Assembly: GCA_013239625.1 (NCBI GenBank)
Contig: MU054323.1
Coordinates: 10,385,186 to 10,449,185 of the forward strand
DNA: 64,000 nt
Origin: Lama guanicoe
Lineage: Eukaryota
Direction of reading: 5' to 3'
Each line of letters starts with the position of its first letter. The first letter of the stretch is position 1. Below the pieces are notes generated by a model. That model was not told the origin of the DNA, made no database searches, and saw only the letters and a list, made by a program, of their open reading frames with translations. The position numbers were made by a program, and so were the translations under genes. Positions 50,660-62,639 of the stretch are shown here, one piece after another.

Positions 50660-51080
50660 TGTTTTGGGTTGAATTTTATTCTCCAAAAAGATATGCTGAA
50701 GTCCTAAAGCCAGGTACCTGTGAATATGACCTTATATAGGGTCTCTGTATATGTAATCAAGTTAAGATGGGGCCATTAGGGTGGGTCCTAATCCAATATG
50801 ACTGTGTCCTAATAGGCAGAAAAAGGGAAAGCCATACAGAGAGAAGACCATGTGATGACAAAGGCAGAGACTGGAGCGATGCAGCTCCAAGCCAAAGAAA
50901 GCCAAGGATCAGTGGCCACCACCAAAAGCCAGGAAGAGGCAAGGAAGCATTCTACTCAGTCGTAGAGGGAGCATGTCCCAACGGACACCTTGATCTCAGT
51001 CTTCTGGTCATCAGTACTGTGAGAGAATAAGCCATCCAATCTGTGGTCCTTGGTTATAGCAGCCCCAGAAAATGAATCTA
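50660..51080 (+). mobile_element. MLT1C-like MaLR solo LTR
   Basis: tgttttgggttgaatt...aaaagatatgctgaagtcctaa...gggtgggtcctaatccaatatgactg...gacaccttgatctcag...gttatagcagcccc. Confidence 0.92.
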
Positions 51081-51761
51081 GGTCTTTGCAGGCTGATGTG
51101 CCCTTACTACACAGATTGTGCAATGAATCAGCTTCCACAAGAGTTTGGCTATGCCAACTGTGGCATACCCTTTTCTTATCAGGGTCCTCTGTGGTCTTTT
51201 GGCCGTCAAGGACCTGAACCCTCAGTAGGTCTGCCTCACTTCTTTTTTCATGTGTCATGACAATTAAAGCACCCTTCTGGTACCATAGTGATTAAAAACA
51301 CAAGCCCAACATAGAGGTGAAAATGTCATTCTTTTAGATTATTATCAAAATGAAAACAGATCATTTAAATTATCACAGAGAACTCACAGACTCTCGTGTA
51401 TCTGTGGACTCTGATTGAGGGGCAGAAATATTTCATTCCCTCTTGTCTCCCCTGGTTCTTTGTTTCCTGTTTGGCTCTGGGCCCTTACTTGTCACTCTTG
51501 GATCAAGGGCCTCTGGTTTTAATAGTCACTTTGGACTTCTACATTCCCCCACACTTGACCTCAACTTGGCCTTGCAGTCAGGGTCTGGGCAGGCAGCTCT
51601 CAGCACTGCCCACATGACCACTGTGAGAGGCAGGGCTTGGCACACCCTGCTCCAGGCCTTGCCCATGTCAACCTCATGGCCAACAAGCGGGCCCACACCC
51701 CATGGAAAGCATTGGCCTCCCTTGCATCTCACTAAGGAATTTGAACATACAGTGCAATTTT

Positions 51762-51884
51762 TGGGCGGAGGGATTCGATTGATTGATTGATTGATTGATT
51801 GATTTTAATGGAGGTACTAGGGATTGAACCCATGACCTTGTGCATGCTAAGCATGAACTCTACCACTGAGCTCTATCTTTCCCC
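51762..51884 (-). mobile_element. tRNA-Ala(AGC)-derived SINE of camelid type with (AATC)n tail
   Basis: The minus strand reads ggggaaagatagagctcagtggtagagttcatgcttagcatgcacaaggtcatgggttcaatccctagtacctccattaaaatcaatc... A box 51863-51873, B box 51820-51830, degenerate TSD at 51749-51761 and 51889-51901. Confidence 0.9.
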
Positions 51885-53024
51885 ATCCACAGTGTGATAT
51901 TAAAACCACTTAGCAACCAGTCACTCCAGGTTCCTCAGGGGAAGCTCAGGGTAGGCATTTGCCTGCCGGGGTCTAGTATAACCATCAGAGATGCTGTCTC
52001 CTTCAGCAGGGCAGAGCCTGTTTGGCTAGGGGAGATGCAGGAACGGGGCAGGCCTGCAGGAGCCATGGGGTCTGACTGGCAAATTAGTAGGTGTCAGAGC
52101 AGCTCCTTATTGGTGCTCATCTGGGCTCCCTGACTCTGGAGCAGCTGGAGAAGTGGTGGGGAACTTGTAGGGCTCAGAGAACCGGCTATTTTGCAGCTGA
52201 TCTGGAAATTCGTCAGTCTATTAATAGCCAGCACAATTGTATTAGTCTGTATGACCTGAACATCAGTCCTGGTTGAAGAACCACAGAAGAACCAATTATG
52301 TGCTTCCATGAAGTGCTTTGGAAGGGGCTGGATGTTTCTCAAGACCTTGATTTGGGTATTATGATTACACTGAGATTAAGGAGTAACAAATATCTTCCCA
52401 AACACTGGCAGGAACAGGAACATCCATCGTTCCTCTGAAGCCCAGCAAGGCCCCTCTGATGCGTCCATCTGGCCCATTGTGAGAAGAGTAAAAGTTATGG
52501 TCATAGGAAACAAAACAACTTTTAGTTAATGCTGTCCTGTAGAGGCACAAATCATTTCCAAACAAGCTAAACTAGCACTAATTTAGAAGTAAATATCCAA
52601 CTTCTTGTCTGGATCTCACTGGTTTCATCATTCAAGTTTTTGCAGGAAGCAGGCTCATGGGTACCCCAAGTATACCTAAGATTACTAATGACAAACCCAG
52701 ATCATGCCTACCCTCTATTCTCCCCTGCCAGGCATCATTCCCCTCCATTATAATCCTTGTGATAATGCTACTTGACCAGTGAAAAGAGCATCTGTCGGCA
52801 AAATGCACTGACTCAGAAAACCTTATAGTACAGGGAGCTCTGGGGCGCTAATTACACAGATTGCCCATCAACTCCATTGTTACTCTCTTTTCTCTGATAG
52901 ATTTTAAAAAAATATTGAGACTTCTAAGCATGAATGCAGTTGAGCCAAAAGGTTTCCTATAAATATGGATGGGAATCCTGGCTCCTATATAACAGCCGTA
53001 GCTCAGAACTCTGGACAGTTGGCT

Positions 53025-53230
53025 TGGAGGCAGTGTGGGGCAGTGGGAAGGGTGCTGCTGGGAGTCAGGAGGCTGGGTTTTATACCAGCTTTGCTACAAT
53101 CTGGGTGATCTTGGATATTCTCCTTTAGCCTCTTTGAGCTTCAGATTCTTCATTAGTAAAACTGGGGAGATATTACACATTTTCCAGGCCTGGTTGCTGT
53201 AATCATGAGTAAAATAATGAAAGCACGCCT
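53025..53230 (+). mobile_element. MIR SINE
   Basis: ctgggagtcaggaggctggg...gggtgatcttgga...cctctttgagcttcagattcttcattagtaaaactgggg. Confidence 0.75.
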
Positions 53231-53289
53231 AGACTCCCAAGCATGTGGAAATGTGTGTGCCCACACACATACCAAAAACCCTATTCACT

Positions 53290-53470
53290 ACAGTGAAATG
53301 GACACTGGACTAGGCATCAGAATACCTGGGTTTTAGTCCTGGCTTCTCTGCTCTGTGAACTTGGACAAGTCCCTTAGGCTACCAGGCTTCAACTTCCTCA
53401 TCTATAAAAAGACAATTTTGGACAAATGATTTCCAGTGTCCTTCCCAGATCAAAGGCCTCTGATTCTAAC
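53290..53470 (+). mobile_element. MIR3 SINE
   Basis: cactggactaggcatcagaatacctgggttttagtcctggct...cttggacaagtccctta...ttcctcatctataaaa...tgatttccagtgtccttcccag. Confidence 0.8.
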
Positions 53471-54663
53471 TCAGAACATGAAAGAGGCAAAGTCACAACT
53501 CTACCACCAGCCAAGGTTAAGAGTGTCCCATGGTAGTTACAATGTGACAAGGATGCAGGGATCAGGGAACACATCCCGAGTGTCCCATTCAAAGGATGAA
53601 GGATGATGGTGGATGGAGAATGAGGGCTCAGGCCTGGAATGATAGGCAGGCAGTTGAGGGTGTCCCTTCCTGTGACATCCTCACCTTCCTTTTCTCTTCT
53701 CACTCTTCCCTTCCTGCTCCTGTTTCCTCACCCTCAGACCTCAGTCCTGCCAGAAGGGTGACCAAGAATTTCAGAAGTGGTTGGGAAGGGGTACTGCTAA
53801 GTCTCCAAGCTAAACCAACCGCTGGCTCATTCAGCCTTTTGCAGGCCATGGGTGTGGACTGAGAGTAATAGAAAATCAGGGCCCTTCACTGGTGATGAAA
53901 TTAATGGATGGTAATTCAGGACAGAAGCAAAGGAATTTAGTCCCATAAACGCAGGAAACCCTTGTGTCCGGGTACTCTGAGAGGCTTGAGCTCACTGATA
54001 ATCAGGCTAATAATAACTCCTGGTTCAGCTAGAATGTTTCTTCTGAAGGTTTCACACCTTCCCAGCTGTAATTTCATTTCCTTTCCCACTGCTCTTGTAA
54101 AGCTGCTCTTATTACAGTCCCAATTTGCAGAAGAAAAAGTTGAGGCACAGAAAGGAGAAAGCCACATCATGACTGGCATTAATTCTCCTATTTTCTTAGT
54201 AGTTTATATCACACTACAATAAAGAGCAATGTGATTGCTATTAAAATATTTATTTACCTGTTGGAACAATCCCTGAATGAAGAGGGCAGAGGACAAAAGG
54301 TGTGCTGTGGAACAGGGAGTCAGGAGCTCCCTGTTACCCACTCTGTCCTTTCTCTGTCTTTCTCTTGCTTCGGCTTGAGGCACTTGGGGAGTAGTGGGCA
54401 GGAACACGAGGAAAACTGAGGAATGTGGAAAAGTACTGGCCAAAGCAAGATAGAGGGTAAGCAAGTAGTGGAGTCGGGACAAACCAAGGGTCATTTTGAT
54501 ATAAAAAATTTCAAAAGGTGGATTCTCACTGGGCATGGTGAAATGCTGGGAGCTGGGTCACACAAGCCCTCAGTTTGGATGCTCTTTTGTAAATGAAAAG
54601 ATGGAGATTGAACAGATAAAGACTGGGTGGCCAGGGGACAACTGAGGGCTGGGCTATAGCATC

Positions 54664-54929
54664 TAGGCCTGCATTATGACTTCCAAGGGCTGGGGTACTT
54701 TTGCCTTCATGGGACACTTCCTCTACAAAACAAAGATTAAAGATTGTGTTTTACAATTGCATGGGTATACAAATATATTATTATATATTAAAACACTTTA
54801 TTTTACTGTAAAACTCATTTTCCTTCCTTCTGGTTTTAAAAGAAATTTATAAATATTTTCATGGGGCCCTAAGAGTTCTGTGGGCTGCAGGCGCCATGCC
54901 TGCTGTATCTCAGGGATAAGTCAGCCTAT
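54664..54929. mobile_element. MER96B-like hAT MITE
   Basis: attatgacttcc...acttttgccttcatggg...ttctggttttaaaagaaatt...atggggccctaagag...gataagtcagcc. Confidence 0.75.
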
Positions 54930-55769
54930 GTGGGAGCATTCTTTGCCTCCCAGGACTGCCGGCTGCAGGAGCTGACCCCTCAGGTCTGCTCAAACCCAGG
55001 CCAGGCCCACCCAAATTTCACAGGGTCTGCCTCAAAGCACTGGTTTGAGCTTCTAGGAGATGCAGATGCACCACTGCTTTTACAGATGGAGATACTGAAG
55101 CTCAAAGAGGCCAAGGTCAAGTTATCAAAGATGGAGGGGTGAGGATTTGAACTTAACTCCGTCTGGCCCTTAAGCCCATGATTGGCTCCTCCTTCCCATT
55201 GTGTGTGTCTGACCTGCTACTGAATACCACTCCCCAGACCAGAGGTCTTCCTGTCTGGGACCTACATCAGAAACATATATGTATAAGTGTTTCTTATATA
55301 TCTTATATAGAGCACATATACGTAAGTGTTTTTATATAGCTGTATCTTAGCAAATATGGAAATCAGTAATGAAGCAAGGCTGGGCAGGTGATAGTAGATC
55401 ATAGGGAAAAAGACTAAAAATAAATTCTACATAATGCAATGGAAAAGGTTCCACAGAGATGCTCAGAGGGAAAAAGAAATCATCCCCAGAGAATTAATGT
55501 TCTAGTATACTGTAAGCTGCTTATATTTTCATCCCATTACCATAACTTTCAAATAACTGTCTCAAACAATAAAAAGGCAATTACTTAGGGCTAGATGCAT
55601 CACAGGCTAGGCATCACTGTCCCTGGGCCATCAGGGGGTCCCCTTGTACAGCTTCTCAAAGGCAGTATGGTGGCTGAAGAGGAGACGCTGGATGAGCAGT
55701 AAATGGGAATATTCTGCCTCCTTGATAGAATTCTGGATCAATTCTCAGAGCATCAGGCCTCAGGACCAA

Positions 55770-55985
55770 GAGGCCTAGATCTGTAATAAAGTCTTAGGCT
55801 TATGTCTAGGCACGACCACTTACTACCATGTCACAAGCAAGTCACCTCGTCTCTGAAATCCCATTGCTAATGAATAGTTCCTAACAACCTCGGGCCTACC
55901 AAGCACACAGGTTTCCGTGAGGCTTGTATGAAATAAGGGATGTTAGCTGGGTTTGTGAACTACAGAGCACTGTCCAGATGCTAGA
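55770..55985 (+). mobile_element. MIR SINE fragment
   Basis: ccacttactaccatgtcacaagcaagtcacctcgtctctga...cacaggtttccgtgagg...aactacagagcactgtccagatgctag. Confidence 0.6.
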
Positions 55986-57389
55986 GACTTGACCCTGCCC
56001 TAGGGTCCCCTGTTCTCAGACTTCACTGTGTCTTGGTACCCCTGGACACCCTGAGTTTCTTCAAAGCGGGCCCCATTACCACCAGGATCTCCAAGCTGGG
56101 CTGCCATACAATGGCAGCAGATTACACTAATTTGTTTTATTTTATTTGACATACTTGGAATTAAGGCTCTTTGAAAGCACTATGCAAATATATGTAAATG
56201 ACTACATTTCATGCAAAATAATGTGCAAATAGTGTCCCTGTGTTGGCTTAGAAAACTCTGGTGGCCAAAGCCTGTTTATATTCTTGTAAGAATCAGGAAG
56301 AGTATTTTAAACTTCAGTTATCCTTCCAGGTGTTTAAAAAATATAGATATTAGAGAACCTAGAGTTTAGTGTGTGGCCTATCAGCTGGATACGATCTGTT
56401 TTCATCTTCATCAGGGTATCTGACATCAGTTTAAAAGTCTTCCATTCATTAATCATTCAACAATGATGGTGCCAGGCACTTAATGATTGGAAGAAGAGTA
56501 AGGTATGAGTTCTCCCTTAAGGACTCCCTAGCAATGTGGATGCCAGAATTGGCTGTTAAAGCACATCTGGGGCATCAGTTTCCTGACATTTGTGGTTGAT
56601 GCCTGATTTCATTCTAAATAAAATCCAAGAACCTGATCAAGGCACTCGAGACTCCTCACAACCTAGACCCAATTGACCTTTCCACCAGACTCTCTCCACC
56701 AACCCCACTTTGCTTGATCTCTGCTTTCCCCACGTGTTTAGTATGAAATATTTAGTATTCTTCCAAACATGTTTACCCTTCCCTTGCGCTGTGCCTCTGA
56801 TGTTGCTTATTTCCCAAATACCAAAGAGTATTATTATATCACTGTTCCTGGCCTGGGTCTCCTGTCAGTAGACAAACAAACAAAACAGCAGTGTTTTGTT
56901 AACTTCTATTTCTAAAGCCAAAGACAGAGCAGGTGAGCTTTTGGTGATTAATCACATAATCCAACACTCTTGTTCTACAAATGGGTATACTGAGGCCAAG
57001 AGAGAAGAAGGGACTTGATCAAGGTGGTAGAGCTAGAACAAGAACCCAAGTATCCTGACCCAACTCCAGGACTCTTTATAAAAAACGTATCATGGTCATG
57101 GCTCACAGCCATAAGCAGGAAAAAAAAAAATCAAGTTGACCCACTTCCTAGGGGTTACCTTAACAAATCCGGCTATGTTTATTGAACACCTACCCTGGGT
57201 GGAAACAAGTGAGGGGAAATTAGTTGTGGGACAAGGTCATCCCCTCTGGGGATTCCAGTAGATGCTCCCAGGATGTGCAACCAGCCTTTGGATTAACAAT
57301 AATAATGGTAATGATAATAGTTCACACGTACTGTCCATTAATTCTGGATTGGGTGCTGTGCAACCTTCTTCCACTCCTCCAGAGCCTGG

Positions 57390-57530
57390 ACAAGAGGTTT
57401 TCAACCCTGGCTGCACACTAACATCACCTGGGGAGATTTAAAACATACCAGTGCTCAGCCTCCTTCCTGACCAACTAAACGGAATCTCAGCAGTGAGGGC
57501 CAGGCATCAATACTTTTAATGCACCTGGAG
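57390..57530. mobile_element. MER5-family hAT-Charlie MITE
   Basis: gaggttttcaaccctggctgcacactaacatcacctggggagatttaaaacatacc...ccaggcatcaatactttt. Confidence 0.8.
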
Positions 57531-59271
57531 GAGCCAGCCTGCAGAGAAGCAAAATGAGGCGGATCCCTCCCTGTGTCCAGAGACACTGTCTATGTCCTCT
57601 GATTCTGCTTCAACGCCCTCCCACTTGGTTCATTCCCCATGGTGACAGCACAGCTGCACTAATACTGATGCATCATCTGACCACCTCCTTCTGCCCACTG
57701 TGGGCTGAAGGAGCAAGCAGGGCACAGATCCCTCAACCCCGATCCTCTAGGACCAAGCCCTATTACTTGTCCAGAGGCCATTTGCTGTTGTTTTTTTAGA
57801 GCAGCCCATTCTGATTTCTTACCGGTAGGTATACCAGCACCTGTGCAGGGAACATTCAGGTTAAGCCATCACAATATCTGGGTAGGATGGGGACAGAGAG
57901 TGCACTGAGAACAAGTCTGCTGACATGCGGTGCTTTTGTCTGACTGGGAAATTATTTTGAGCAGCACAGCAAGCAGTGGCTTCAGAAGGGGAAAAAAATC
58001 CTATGTGTTTATTATAATGCAGTCCAAGATGATTGCCCTGAAAGAACGAAATATAATAGAATCGGTCCTGGTTTGCTGAGCACACATAAAAGAAGAGAAG
58101 ATGGAGTCAGGCCCCATCCTTCTCACCACAGTCTGTTTCTGTTAGGAGATGACACAATTCAATGGCCTCTTTGGTGAAAACGAGGGTGGCTAGGGGAGAA
58201 GTGCAGGGATTCCACCTTGAACACAGATGCCACTTTACATCTCAGGGTCAATGACACAGGCCCTCCAGATAAGCCCCTGGCTTTGCTTCCTAATCTGAAA
58301 CCCACCCACACCTTTTATCTTCCCACTCTCAACTTTTCCCCAATCGTTTTGCTGCTTGAATTTGTGTGGATTTTTCAGCACAAGTGTATTGCCTATAGGA
58401 GGGGTGGGGAGAAAGTGATGTTGCTTTTGATACAATTTCAACAACTGGTGAAGTAAAAGGATAAACAAAAAGTGATGAAGAGTCGGAAACTATCTTTTTT
58501 TAATGACAAAGGAGAGTAACATTTTTAGTTTCTTGTATTATTGTTTTCTTTATAAATTTAAGGCCAGATGCAGCAATTTATGGTTTATTATTCTTTCCTG
58601 TGGCGCTTGCTAAAAATTTCAAAGTTATAGCATACTGACTTTCTTTCCCTTTGTGTTTCACTGCTAGAGGACACAGTTTGAATCAAGTCTCTAACAAAGA
58701 CAGAAGGCTCAGAGCCTGCTTGTTTGCTGAAACTGCTGGAAACCTTTATGATTTTCCAAGAAGCCACAGAAGATGCAAGGGCTTCTGTAGTCCACAGACT
58801 AAATATACAAAGTAATTTAGAAGGGAGGCTGGTTTGGCATTGCTGGTAATGTGAGTTCATTTGCAATTCTCTTCTCTTCTTACCAGGCTTGAAAATGAGT
58901 ATTGAAATTCAGAAGAGGGTGTGTGTGCCTCTTGGGCGTGTTAAGCCAGAGGGTGTGTGCTCTCTGCCTACACTCTGGGGAAGGGATGGCTGGCCATGCA
59001 TCATTTTTTACAGCTGTATTTGCACAGGTGGGAAATAACAGTGTCATCTTGGAGCAGCAGACACAATGATATACGTGTTTGGGGACATCTATGGAGCACA
59101 GTGAATCATGCAACATGCAAGCCAGCCCCGCTATAAGTCAATCCATGCTGCCCACCAAAAGCTCCTTAGGTAAGTGGAGAGGTTGCCTTCAGATTACTTT
59201 GGAAGATGAAAAATATCCCTATATATATTCAGGCCAATAAAGCAGCCATGCAGGTAAATAAAAACAAATCC

Positions 59272-59625
59272 TGAAATCAGAGTCTCAAGGTTGGAAGAAA
59301 CTTTAAAGATGTCTAGACCAGCTGCCCAACCAGACACCCATGCTTGTGTCCCCTTAACGTTTTTGCATATTTTCCTCCAGTTTCTGCTTTGAACCCCTTC
59401 CATGACGGGGATCTCACTGCCTCCTCCATGGTGGTTAACCCATCTCAACATCCCAGTGTCCAGACAGCTAAAAAACAAAATGAAACAAATCCCTCTACTT
59501 TATGTTATTAAAATCACAGCATCTACTGCTTGATTAGGATCCTACCCATTACTGCACAAAGGACAAAAACATCCCCTCTTTGTAGGAAAATCTTTCAATA
59601 CTTGCAGACAGCTGTCATTCCATGT
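59272..59625 (-). mobile_element. L3/CR1 LINE 3' end
   Basis: ggttggaagaaactttaaagatgtctag...tgaaccccttccatgacggggatctcactgcctcc...ctttcaatacttgcagacagctgtcat. Confidence 0.78.
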
Positions 59626-59629
59626 AATT

Positions 59630-59880
59630 TATCTATTTGTTCATTCATTATCTGAACATGTATTGAGCATCTACTATGTGCCAGAAATCCGGATCCAGGG
59701 TTATGAGGCAGAGGACATGGGACTTACTCTCACAATATAACAAGGAACCAGCTATCTTATCAACTAGGTTCAATTTGCTGTGGTTAAATGAAGGTTTAAA
59801 CAATGTCCTCCGGGGGCCTACAAGAAAGCAAGTGGGAGGATGAGTGAGTGGAAACAGAGAAGACCTCCCAAGGTGGTGGT
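59630..59880 (-). mobile_element. L2 3' fragment
   Basis: ttcattcattatctgaacatgtattgagcatctactatgtgccag. Confidence 0.75.
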
Positions 59881-61189
59881 TTTGGTCCTGGACTCTGAGG
59901 GCTGCTTGTTTCTTACCTTCTCTTCAAGCTACTTGCAAATTCCTCATCAGGAGGTTTGCACTTTGGGATCTGCCCAGCCACTGTGTTGGGGTCTCCATTA
60001 ATGCAGGCTCCAAAAGTCTTGACTCTTAGGTACTTTTCTGCTCATAGTCCAGACCCAACTTGCTTCCCTTGTGTATGCAACCTGAAGGCACCTCATCTGG
60101 AGCAGGGAAGCCCTTGGGGAAGGACAAGGTCCCCGAGGGTCTGGCTGCAGGACCCCAGGGCTCAAAGACGTTAGTTCCCTCCCCAGTCACTTCCCTACAG
60201 CAACTGTCTGTGCAGATGAGGCTCTTGTGTCAAAACCCCCATCTGTTTCACAGAGGCATGGATTGCTAAGGGAAATCTTGAAGCTCCTCTTGCAAGCATT
60301 TTGTCTGTAATGTGACATATTTGGAAGAAAGGGGCCATGTGAAATGTGAAAGCTCCTTACTTGTGTGGATTTGGAGGAAAGTTCTGTAATTAACACCCTC
60401 TGAACTCCCCAGCTACCTGTGAATTGGGAAAGGTCCTCTTGAAGATGGGCTAATGGAATAGCTACCTGTTAGTGCAGATGGTGCCTGGCACATGGCATCA
60501 GAGAAACAGGAAAAGGAAGTGCTAGAGTTGGAAGCAAATGACAGCAAGAAAAACTTTGAGGACACAGGGAAAATGCTGTCACCCTCTTGCTCCCCTCTTG
60601 ACAACAGGGGTCCTATGACTCCCGGGGAAAAAAGTCAGCATCAGCAAACACCTATCTTCTCTGGGGCCGTGCGGTAAAGAGAAAAACCTGTATAGGATGC
60701 TGGGTTCAGAGACCTATGTTCAAAATCCCTTGATAATTACTGTATGTCTTTAAGGATGCCACTTAAACCCTCCAGATCTGTGAACTGGCTTTGGTAGTGA
60801 CTCTAGTTGGGCAGGGTTATCAGAGCACTTGTGGCCAGAGTTCTGAGAGTCCTACAAATGCTAAAAATGCTAACTGTGGTGATCCCAGGGCAGCCCTGGA
60901 GGGTTCGTGGAAGTGGCTCCAACAAGGTCCTTGTCCTCACAGGATTTTTAGTTGTGCAGGGCAGACAGGGCAACACAAACTAATGTCACTATAGGGGATA
61001 CATGGGAGAAGGGTAAACAGATAAAGCTCTGGAAATCGGCACTTGGGGGAAAAAGAGACAAATGAAGGGATATTTCTTTAAGCCTATTTAAAGTGGATAA
61101 AATAAAAAGGAATTGTAAGTGAAAAAATATGTTACCGTTCTCTTAAATCTACTACTTCATGGAGGTGGAAGAAAAAGGCATACTAGGAG

Positions 61190-61192
<3 letters not shown>

Positions 61193-61221
<29 letters not shown>
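61193..61221. repeat. T29 homopolymer
   Basis: 29 consecutive T. Confidence 0.95.
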
Positions 61222-61224
<3 letters not shown>

Positions 61225-61306
61225 TCTTTAGGGCTATAGCCTATAAATAATGAGAAGGGGAGTCTGTTAACTTGAAGACAGAATGCTTACAAGGAAATGG
61301 GACTGG

Positions 61307-61475
61307 CAGTGTTTCTTAGGTGACTTTCCTCAGATTACTGTTCCTTTTGTTAAAATCCAGGTCACTAGGCCCCATCCCTTACCTAATAAATCAGAACTTC
61401 TGGGGTGGGGCCCTGCACTCTGCACTGTAGCAAGCTGCCCAGGTGATTTTTATGAATTCTGTTTAAAAAACACTG
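61307..61475. mobile_element. MER5-family hAT-Charlie MITE
   Basis: cagtgtttctt...aggccccatccc...aatcagaacttctggggtggggccc...ccaggtgatttttatg...aaaacactg (terminal inverted repeats). Confidence 0.8.
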
Positions 61476-61744
61476 ATTTGGGTGAATAAAGATGCACAAA
61501 GAACACCTGTTTATCAAATATCCAAGTCAAATCCCGTGGGCTTTATATATTATTACTAATTTCATGGTTTCAGTATTTATACTGTAGTTATGTAACATAT
61601 TTGCTTGCTATAAGGAGTAAATGGTATATTTTCAAGTCTCAAAGTTTATTTCCGAATGTTATATTTCAAGTAGCCTAACTTTATGTGCTAGAGAATTTTT
61701 AAGTTTTAGAAAAATACATGCTGGAATAGGAATGATCTCACATG

Positions 61745-62345
61745 TGCTCTACTGCAAGTGGATTTCCAACCCTCCTCCTGCAGTCTTTCTCTCCCCAACC
61801 ACAGTCCACCTCATACACCCCAGACCGACCAGCCTTCCTGAAGCACAGTGCTGGTAAGGTTACTCCTTTGGCAAAGAAAACCATCACTGCCTGTGGGATA
61901 AAGACAAAACTCCTTAGCCTGGGATCAAGGCCGTTCACACGATACTGTCCACTTGCCTGCTAATCTTCCCCTCACGTTTTCCTATGTACACACCCAAATA
62001 CCAGCCATTCTAGACTATCCATTATCCTTATCTGGTACTTTATGTCTACAAAATTTCAGCTCACACCAAACTTTCTCAACTCAAACTCATCAAAATCTTC
62101 CCATCCTTCTAGATCTTTCTAGACATCTAAGCACTGCTTCTCTGGAAGCCTTTTCTGGTCTTTAAGGTGTAAGTGCTTCTTCCAACTCCAACAGCATTTT
62201 TTACTATGTTCTGCCTGTTGTCTTAATGCATGCTACCTGGTATTGTGTTTATTTGCATATTTGTCTACTAACTTTAAAGTTACTGGAGAGCAGGGCCTGT
62301 AACTCACTCAAATCTACTGCCCACAGAAATGAAAATAATGAATAG
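61745..62345 (+). mobile_element. L2 LINE fragment
   Basis: cagccttcctgaagcaca...ggataaagacaaaactccttagcctggg...cttctctggaagccttttctg...ctggagagcaggg. Confidence 0.78.
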
Positions 62346-62365
62346 CCTCCAGAAGGCATACGTGA

Positions 62366-62582
62366 GAGCGCTGTCCAACAGAACTTTCTGCCATGATGGA
62401 AGTGTTCTGTATCTGCGTCATCCAATGGGGTAGTCACTAGCCACGACTGTGACTGCTGAACACTTAAAATGTGGCTAATGTGACCAAGGAACTAAAATTT
62501 TCAATTTTATTTTATTTCAACCAATGAAAATGTAAATTTAAGTAGCAGGTGTGGCTAGTGAATATGCTATGGGACAACACTG
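62366..62582. mobile_element. MER3-like hAT-Charlie MITE
   Basis: gcgctgtccaacagaactttctgccatgatggaagtgttctgtatctgcg...cacttaaaatgtggctaatgtgaccaaggaact...gtggctagtg. Confidence 0.9.
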
Positions 62583-62639
62583 GCAGAGAACATATTGAAT
62601 GAAGGAGGATGTGCTTGCACTTAGAAAATTTCAGACTTG

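Noticed and set aside
16722..51080. Two MLT1C LTRs as the ends of one provirus
   Set aside because: They are 33 kb apart, have different flanks, the first has its own TSD, and no MaLR internal sequence lies between them.
51808..51884. tRNA-Ala(AGC) gene
   Set aside because: Acceptor and anticodon stems are mismatched, and it carries an A-rich microsatellite tail and a TSD, so it is a SINE.
60492..60677. ATG-initiated 61-aa ORF with protein-like composition (MASEKQEKEVLELEAND...)
   Set aside because: Single short frame overlapping a MIR/L2-like tail (gtgcctggcacat), with no homology, promoter or splice evidence.
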